Shown: in pieces, positions 54,961-64,000 of the stretch
How the letters are laid out: the number at the start of each line of letters is the position of its first letter
How positions within the stretch are numbered: the first letter of the stretch is position 1
From: Octopus vulgaris
Taxonomy: Eukaryota
Reading direction: 5' to 3'
Assembly: GCA_951406725.2 (NCBI GenBank)
Contig: OX597828.1
Coordinates: forward strand, 30,504,001 to 30,568,000
Length of the DNA: 64,000 bases
Notes under the pieces: generated by a model
Databases searched by the model: none
The model's input: the letters and a program-made list of their open reading frames with translations, nothing else
What the model was told of the DNA's origin: nothing
Position numbers and translations under genes: made by a program

Positions 54961-57388
54961 AGAGATATGCTATTTCAGTTTTAAGCTGGAAGTTGGGGTT
55001 ACAATAGATTTTTTTCGCGGAAGCTGCTTATTTGGAGAGCCTGATTGCAATAAGGTGCGTGACTGTTAAAAATGTCTTCGTTAGCGATAAATATATGGAG
55101 GGAGTAATCTACTGTACTCTACAAATACGTGACCTTTATAAACAAATCGTCTGAGCTTGTTGTTCCGCAAAAAAGGGATAGAAACCTCGTCTGCTGTAAA
55201 CGACAGGAGCGTCTACCATAATTGATAGATATAACTATTTGCACACATGGGCACACACACAAACACACACACGCACACACGCATGCATTCGCGCACACAT
55301 ACATACAGGTACACACTCATGATATTCCCAGTGATGTATACCGATATGTGTTATCTGGATTGGAACTGTCATTTCCGCGTTCTTTTTACAAAATGTCACA
55401 ACTTGTTAGGAGAGTTCTCGTTCTGATGGTTAATAATGCATTTCAACTTCTTGAACGCTTGATATTTACCACTCACCTCAGAAAGCTACAAATCATTCGC
55501 TTTCTATACTATTACTAAATTTAATGTTCTTTCATGCACAATACCTATTGTCACACAAATGCGCAGTAGTACTCGGTTTTTAGTTTCACATTATAGGGAG
55601 TATGATGCAATATATAATTCAAACACCACTGTAGGCAGTTTGACCCAAAATATAATTGCTGTTAGGGTAAACAGATTAATGGTGCTTTGAAGCATGTAAA
55701 GTGTTATGGATGTGAATATTAATATATTGACGGCACTGAGGACATCTTGAAGGCAGCATATTAGTAATATTCAATAACAAATGGAACGACAAAAATGAAA
55801 TACATAGCCTCAGCAACAGAAATCTGTCACCGCATTTAACTCTGTTTTAAACATTTGATATTCTCTACAAGCTTTACTGAACATAGTGGGGATTCGGCTA
55901 TTAGTATAATTGAAGTGAATGTTGTATTTAAAACAACATATACAATATTTTGAGTATTATTTAAAAAGGGTGTAGAAGTCATCCTCTAAGCCGTATCTTT
56001 AAAATAATGATGTATTTACAAAATCCTTAAATATGAAATAAATCTTTACAAAATATTACTTTTGCAGATTGCAATAATAAATATTAATATTTTGAGTAAG
56101 GGTCCTGTAATATATAAATATAATCGAGTCTCATAAAGTTAAAACGATGCTGAACGGGAGTGGTTGATGGTTAAATATTCTTCAGGAATTTGTCCTTGTT
56201 AATCGATTAAAAGCAAGGGAATAGTAATATATGATTGTTGAGTGTTCAATAAATTATGTTGCTTTGACAATAAATGATGGATGACGACAGTAAAGAAAAT
56301 ATTTTTGCAAAGAATATATTGCTGAAATAACTCATTAAACAAATCCTTACGGGCAATTATCGGAAAGCAGGAACTTTTAAGTGGAATTTAACGACCATAA
56401 ACGATACATTCCGAAGTAAAATGAAAATTCAGAATAATTGCATTGTAATAACAGATAGAAATTGTCTTTGTTCCTGAAGTGTAATGACCATTAAGTTGGT
56501 GTTTCTAATTAAATTTATATTATTAATGTTTTACATGTATTTTTTTTCATATTATATCCTACTCTGTTTCAACGAACAATAATTAATCAAAGCGAAAATT
56601 TAGCTATAAACGCAGTAACGATAACAATATTTAATATAGAATAAATAGTAGCAAGCATTATAATATAATTAACTGAATATAATTATTCGAAATTCCCTAA
56701 AGATATTATAAAAATTTAGTTTGCAAAATGCTTCCAAGCACGTATACATATACATAATAAACAGCATATATGGATAATATCAATGTTAAGCACCTCATGT
56801 GTATTGATATTTTGATATTGGTTAGCTGCAGGTCAACCCTGATCACAAGGAACAAAGATCAAATAAATTCCACCTTTTTCAATAAAGTGTAAGTCGGTTT
56901 ACATTATCCAATGTATGTTTTCTATTTTACGACAGGAGTGCATAAGGTGAAAAAAATAGAATTTTAATTAATTGCAACACACGCTCATACACACATATGT
57001 AAGTATGTATTTATCATAGCTTCCTTCTTTAAGTATGTTAAAACCCACTTATCAATTTATCGCTCATTCAAAATATACCCTTGTTTAAGTCAAGATCCAA
57101 GAGTTATTCCTTTCTCGTGTGCTATTTAGTTTTACATTGATCAGGTTTATTCCACAAGATCGTTTAATATTTAATCCCCTTATGGTCGTCCGAGGTCCGG
57201 TCCACTCTCTGATGGATGTCGCACATTATTTACCTTCTTGAATCGAAGTAGACAAATACACTCACGTACACAAACGCGTATCTACACGCACGCGCACACA
57301 CAGGCACACTTACACACTGATGAACACACAAAAAAAAATCACTCACACACACATCGTTATAACTTGAGAGTATGGAAAAGCACATACA

Positions 57389-57793
57389 GGCGGCGAGCTG
57401 GCAGAATCGTTAGCACGCCGGGCGAAATTCTTAGCGGTATTTCGTCTGCCGCTACGTTCTGAGTTCAAATTCCGCCGAGGTCGACTGTACCTTTCATCCT
57501 TTCGGGGTCAATTAAATAAGTATCAGTTACGCACTGGGGTTGATATAATCAACTTAATCCGTTTGTCTGCCCCCGTTTGTCCTCTCTGTGTTTAACCCCT
57601 TGCTGGTAGTAAAGAAATAGGTATTTCGTCTGCCGTTACGTTCTGAGTTCAAGTTCCACTGAGGTCGACTTTGCCTTTCATCCTTTCGTGGTCGATTAAA
57701 TAAGAACCAATTACGCACTGGGGTCGATGTAATCGACTTAATCCCTTTGTTTGTCCCCTCATTGTTTAGCCCCCTGTGGGCAATAAAGAAATA
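57389..57793 (+). mobile_element. Nin/Deu-like tRNA-SINE with tandemly duplicated 3' portion
   Basis: Full copy 57389-57619, then a repeat starting at ggtatttcgtctgcc (57620-57793); acataca flanks both ends. Confidence 0.9.
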
Positions 57794-58291
57794 TACATAC
57801 AGGCCTTCATTTATTTTTACTGTTAGTTAAGTAGTTTCCAGATACTAGTTGACTACTCAAATTGTAGATCAGTCGTTCAGTCAGCCTTCTCATCACTATT
57901 CTCAAATTCATTGGTGGCCTACCCTCGTTACAACAGATGTACCGCATTTTCTCCTAGCATTTGTTAATGTATTTAAACATTATGGGATGTAGTTAATGTT
58001 TGAGTATATCAGGGTGTTTAAGCATTTGTTTTGCCATATTCAGTGATTATTGAGTTGTGAGCTGCCTGTGCGCGTTTGTGTTTATATGAGTACACGTGTA
58101 CGCACTCATGTGTCAATGTCACCTTTTTGCAATTCTCCTTTTCGCATTCTGTTGGCAGGCATTATTTTCCCTTCATTTGTACAACCATCTGGGCCACACA
58201 TTCGTCTCGTTTATATCTCAAGAATTTAATAAATATATTGTCAACCTTATTTACTCTTGCATGAGTACAGTTCTTCTGCATGTATACACAT

Positions 58292-58682
58292 GCAGGAGTG
58301 GCTGTGTGGTAAGTAGCTTGTTTACCAACCACATGGTTCCGGGTTCAGTCCCACTGCGTGGCACCTTGGGCAAGTGTCTTCTACTATAGCCTCGGGCCGA
58401 CCAAAGCCTTGTGAGTGGATTTGGTAGACGGAAACTGAAAGAAGCCCGTCGTATATATGTATATATATGTAGATATGTGTGTGCGTGTATGTTTGTGTTT
58501 GTTCCCCTAGCATTGCTTGACGACCGATGCTGGTGTGTTTATGTCCCCGTCAATTGGCGGTTCGGCAAAAGAGACCGATAGAATAAGTACTGGGCTTACA
58601 AAGAATAAGTCCCGGGGTCGAGTTGCTCGATTAAAGGCGGTGCTCCAGCATGACCGCAGTCAAATGACTGAAACAAGTAAAA
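58292..58682 (+). mobile_element. tRNA/CORE-like SINE, full length (13447 family)
   Basis: Near-identical to 13447-13852. Confidence 0.92.
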
Positions 58683-59924
58683 GCGTATCCATACACACCA
58701 CTGCGTTGGTGGTGCCATATTTACGCATTTTTTCTGTAAAATATCGGTTGTTTTATATGTATGGAATCATGTCTCTCTATGACTGTTGCGTCATGTGGGT
58801 GTCCGATACAATTGTATTTCTATGTTAATCAGTATGGCCTCATGTTTGTTATTAACACGCCAACAGAGTACTGATGTAGGTATTCGATCTCTGTATTCTT
58901 TTCAGGGCCTCCTCAGTCATCTGAACTCGGCTGTGTGCGGTTTACCATATGTAAGATGTTATGGGGTTCCTACATCTTCCTTCAAAACATTTTATCTGAT
59001 ATTTCATATTTATAGTTTTGCAGTTAACCCTCTGACTTACACTCTATGTTATACAATTACTATAAGCCGCGAATGCGTTTATCGAAAGTACATGGCAACA
59101 TTTATTGATTTTTTCTTCAGAATATTTATTAAATCTTATTTACGAAACCCTGAAGAGGGTGACCATATCTTCAGAATTTTGATAAAGATAGCTGACCTCT
59201 TACCTCTCCAGTTTACAATATTGTCTGAACATACGGACATTTAGTGTAGTGTTTATGCTGGCACTCACCACCTCTACAACTACTACTGCTGCTGCTGCTG
59301 CTGCTGATGTTGCTACTACTACTACTACTACTACTACTACTATCATCGTTGGTGCTATTGTTACCATCATCAAATCAGCATTATCGTCGAATCATCACCA
59401 TCATCAACATTCTTGTGGATTAGGAAAATGTTTATTAAGTCAGAAAAAATATTCACATTTGACCAGTCCGTTCTGTTCTGAGTTCCAGTATATCGAGGCT
59501 TTCATCCCTCCAGTACAAAAAAAAACTATTAAGTTTTCGAAGTAATGAAATAGACTAAATCTCTTACCACAAAATTGTTGGCTTTGTGTTTGCGTAAGAT
59601 ACCATTAAGTGAATTGAAATTGCAGAATTATCAGATCATCGGAAAAATTATTTTGTGACATTCGTTCTTACACCTTAATATAATTCTCCGAGTTCAATTC
59701 CCGCTGATGTCAACTTTGCCCTTTATCTAAATAGAAAAAGTGTAGACAACATTTATGGAGTTTGTTAATTTGTATCACAAAAGTATTTTTAGTAGAACTA
59801 TCACCGAGTTGCCAGTAAGATGTATTTTGAGAACAGAGATAAAGAAAGAAGTGCTATATGTCGTATCAGTTTTATTTTGAACACATTGGTTTCACATGTT
59901 GGCTCAAGGCAGATGATTCGGAAA

Positions 59925-60090
59925 ACGGGGTGTGCGGATGATATCGACTCCAGTGCTTGTTACTTATTTTATCGAGCCCGAAAGAATGAAAATCGACCTC
60001 ATCGAAATTTGAAATCAAAGCATAAAGACGGTTGGAATACCGCTAAGTATTTTGCTTTGAGTGCTAACCAACTTTACCGGTTCATCGCCT
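59925..60090 (-). mobile_element. Degenerate Nin/Deu-like SINE
   Basis: atcgactccagtgcttgttacttattttatcgagcccgaaagaatgaaa...aataccgctaagtattt is the reverse complement of the family body. Confidence 0.65.
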
Positions 60091-62871
60091 GTATTCTGTA
60101 TATATCAAAACCATTTCCTTTACGAGCAAGAGGATCGAGCGTTATTGGCAAACGACTCTAAAAGCATAAAAAATATGGAGAATTGTTATGTCATGAAGGA
60201 AAGAATATTTTTGCTTTTCCCTCTGATATAATGTAACTTAAACTTGCTTGTAATTGTTCTTCCCCACTTAGGGACTCAATAGTCTCATTTTGTTCCTATT
60301 ATCAATCCTAAACTACCGCTCCTTACTCATTTATTTCAGTTCTACCTTTCCAGCTGAAACTGAATTTTGCCTCATTAAATATTCCTTCTGAATTTTATTA
60401 TTTCTTCAGTCTCTAATCTTTCAAAATCTATATTTTGTACCCACTTCAATATCCCTTGAAATTTTATTACCCCAGGTAGACTTTTTGAGCAGTAAATTTA
60501 ATAAGTATTGTCTTTCCTTTCTACAATTACTTTTTCAGTTCTTTAATCCTGATTTTGGTGTGTTTTTGGAAGTATGTATGTATATATGTATCTGTCTATA
60601 TATCTATATCTATCTGTCAGCGTGCGTCATCAGATGAATTTCTCAACGAATAGTATCTTATCAGTTTCCACACACTTATTTTGTTCAACTTACGATATCT
60701 AGTTTTAAAGCTCATACCTTTGCTGTATGGAATAGTATATGATTTTCCGAATAAGAAAATAAAACCTTCTCACCCAAGGCAGGAAGACAGTAATTGCTAA
60801 ATAATACTTAGTATAATGCATTGAATGGTAGAATGTAAACTATTGTCCACCGCTGTCTCCCGGCTCCTAACAATAATATACGATACTATTTTTTCACGAA
60901 ACCGCGATTATAATTCAGAGGTTGTACCAACATTTTTGATGGCTTTCATTTGCGGTATTTTTTCTTGTCAGTAATCGTCCATGTTTTAATAGGGTTGTGT
61001 ACCATTATGCAGGCTATTTTAATTTGATTTTTATTCCAAGAAACTAAAATACAAACCATTATGGACGTGACTAATTTGCGGACATAAGCCATCATTATTA
61101 ACGGCTAATATTTTTCAAATGATGAATTGATTTATTCTGTTTGTGTAATTTTCGTTTTTATAAAATTCTTTCTGCAATCAGTTGTCCATTGGCTTTTTTC
61201 GTTATCTTGTTTGTTAATTGGTGTATTTATTGTGTAAACTGAACCCCCATAGCACTTTCTAGCTTTTAAAATGAATCTTGCATGTTTGTTGTGTGTTAGT
61301 GATCAATCTCCTAACAATTCCAGTAGACTGGTTAATTTCGATAAATTGCCTCTATAATCACAATACGGGAAAATTGTCTAGCTATAATTTAACGATTGCG
61401 TTGTGTTTCGTTAGATATTAAAAGCACCAGTGACGGCTGAAATGGAATGAATCAACAAAAAAAAAAAATGGAAAAAATTAAAATGCTATTGCATGAATGA
61501 ATTAATGTTTATTACACTTTGATACGAATATCACAAAAGATGCTTTGAATATCCGAATGCTATTTATAAATCAAATAATCGTAAATGAAATGGAATCAAA
61601 ACAAAGAAGTCAACAGATTAAAATTATTTACTCTCGTCAAAATGTTATCTTAATTTTTGTGTTTTGGAATCGATTATGATTAGAAATCTGTCTCCCCATT
61701 TCGTTTCTCTGATGTGCAGCAAAATTTGCATTTGCCATCATAGTACATATATTGTATGTTACGGCGAATTATTTTTTTCAAAACAAGGTTATCAGACTGT
61801 TTACATAAACTTAGTGCCATAACTCCGAGGTAGTTGAGTGAAAATTCCATCTCAAATATCTAATCAATTCCGATTACAATTCCATTTTATTCACAGACAT
61901 TTAGGAAGAATGCAGAATATTAAATTGCTTTACCTTTATCAACGTCAAAATAGTAAAAAAAAAATATGTCTATGGACGGGCACCAGTTTCGAATGTTAAG
62001 GTTTTTATGAAACGACCGTTTACTGTCATCAATTATATAATTGTCTTTTTCTGATTTTTTCATGAATTTGCAACGTAACTAAAGTGAATTAGCTTCATAA
62101 ACCGATGCAGACATTTTCAATTTAGCAACTTGCTGGAATCAGACTCTATATTCAGAAATCGTTCAGTAACAATGCATATATATTATGCTTTACTAAAACA
62201 ATGACATTTTTTTATCATGGACATGGTTTCTGTTGACAAATAGAAGATATGAACGATTAAATCAAGCATTGCAAGAATAAATCATATTTCTTAACGACCC
62301 AGACTGAAAGCAACATATACGAGTCTGGTTTTGTGAGGCCCTCAGAATATGCGGTCTTTATTCTGAAAAATGAATACAGCCAATATCCATGCCACGAATG
62401 TGAACATTAGTGCAAACATGGAAATCAGTTGTATATGATTTTATGTTCCTCTTTTTAAGTTCGAAGCAGGGCACGTTGTTGAAGCAGCGATCTTCTATTT
62501 TAGCTTGCTCCAAACCTACATAGCGTTACAGTACTATGTAAAGGTTCCAATTTGCTGTATGAGCATGAGGACAGGTGTAGTTCGCCTAAATTAAATTGTC
62601 TCAAATACTAGGAAGGATTTCATCAATATTAAACACTGATTAACTCGAACAAGTTTTTTAATTATAATTCATACAATGATTTGGTCATTGAGATCTCCCA
62701 GACCATACAAGTTCCTGTCGTAGAAGATAGCATTCATGTGTCCTCACTCGGAGCTTATTCCAGTAACACTCATGTGCTTATTATTCTTTTACTTGTGATA
62801 AGGCTTATTTTCAACACTTAAACTGGAATATATATATATTTAGAAAAAACATTACGAAATACGAAAAGTAT

Positions 62872-63795
62872 TTTTTACCTCAAAGACGTACCTCGTTCTG
62901 GCCGTCCAGTTGAGTTCAATGAAGAACGATTTTTGCACGAAAATTCTCAAACGACAAAGGACCTAGCAGAGACAATGGAATACTCCCACAATGCTATAGA
63001 GAAGCATCTTCACTCCATGGGAAAGTTTCAGAAGTATGGAGCATGGGTTTCACAAGCTTTAAGTGACAACAATAAAAATCAACGAGCCACAATCTCCACT
63101 GGTTTGCTTGCTCGTCATCGCTCAAATCATGGAAACAAGCAATGATTTCTTTACCGAATCGTTACTGGCGACGAAAATGGTGCCTGTACATCAATATGAA
63201 TCAGCATAAGGAATGGCTTAGTCCCGGTAAACAAGCGACACTGCGCGTGAAACAAGATCTTCATCCGCTTAAAACGATGTCGTGTCTATGGTGGACATGG
63301 GAAGGGATTATGGATTACGAATTGCTTGAACGGAACCAAACGGTCAACGCGGAACACTATGTTCACCAATTGGAATGACTCAACATGGCTATTCAAGAGA
63401 AAAAGACCAAATCGGTTCTTCTGATGAACGACAACGCCCGTCCTCATATCGCCAATATGTCCAAGGAAGCCCTTCAAACCCATGGCTGGGAAGTGCTTCT
63501 ACACCGACAGTACTCTCCTGATTTAGCACCAACGGATTTTCACCTCTTTCGATTTCTTTCAATTTCGGAGTTTCGTTCAATACTGATGCAGTATTGAGAG
63601 CTTGGTTCAAACTACTTTTCGAGTCGAAATCGGGTGATTTCTACCAATGAGGTATTGGAAATATTGTTGAACGTTGGGAAGAAGTTGTAAACAACAAGGG
63701 TGAATACATTATTGATTAATTAGTTGTTATTTTCTATTAAACCTCTTAAAAACTTTTAATTTAAAAAACGGCGGGAACTTAGTTGCTAACCCAAT
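62872..63795 (+). mobile_element. 5'-truncated, pseudogenised mariner; same family as 7164-8289
   Basis: Collinear with the 7330-8289 region; DNARPH and YSPDLAPTDFHLF motifs; 3' TIR cggcgggaacttagttgctaacccaa-TA. Confidence 0.93.
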
Positions 63796-63912
63796 ACATA
63801 AATAGATGAGTAATGGAGGAAAATATTTAAACATTTGAACATACCCCACCAAAAACAAAAAAAAAAAGCACAGTCCCAAATAAATCAGATTATTATAAAT
63901 GAACTAATATGA

Positions 63913-64000
63913 AGGCGCATGGCTCAGTGGTTAGAGCGTCGAGCTTGCGATCGTGAGGTTGTGAGCTCGAATCCCGGACCGGGCTGCGTGTTGTGTTCTT
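63913..64000 (+). mobile_element. tRNA-derived SINE head, cut by the window edge
   Basis: tggctcagtggttagagcg A box; gagctcgaatccc B box; gttgtgttctt start of a CORE-like segment. Confidence 0.8.

Noticed and set aside
59150-59180. CTGAAGA-gggtg... possible hammerhead
   Set aside because: GAAA is missing and there is no stem I or III pairing.
63913-63980. Possible tRNA gene (likewise at 12553 and 16893)
   Set aside because: The acceptor stem does not close and the sequence continues into SINE body; these are SINE heads.

Overview
This is AT-rich, microsatellite-dense animal genomic DNA. Cephalopod (octopus-like) origin is inferred from the SINE families and repeat style, not proven. I found no credible host-gene exon, so the window looks intronic or intergenic. 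Most ORF-track entries are translation artefacts of (TA)n, (CA)n, (TATC)n, (AAT)n and (GAA)n repeats. The real content is a transposable-element graveyard: six mariner remnants, one Tc1, RTE, CR1-like and R4/Dong LINE fragments, about 20 tRNA-derived SINE copies and two MITEs. One Penelope-like element (PLE, ~46100-49350) has an uninterrupted RT + GIY-YIG frame. The most interesting theme is a PLE/hammerhead-ribozyme (HHR) cluster with five parts. (1) The intact PLE has a candidate -1 frameshift heptamer joining a basic ORF1 to the RT frame, plus a CCAAT/TATA/HHR 3' module. (2) At least six HHR-like motifs occur, several with a recurrent non-canonical CCGANGA (U4C) core. (3) One HHR caps a ~130-nt rod-like hairpin, resembling a retrozyme. 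(4) One tRNA-SINE carries an HHR-like tail. (5) A 203-bp palindrome appears to come from fold-back at an HHR stem II. All calls are by-eye pattern reading; boundaries of degenerate elements are approximate.
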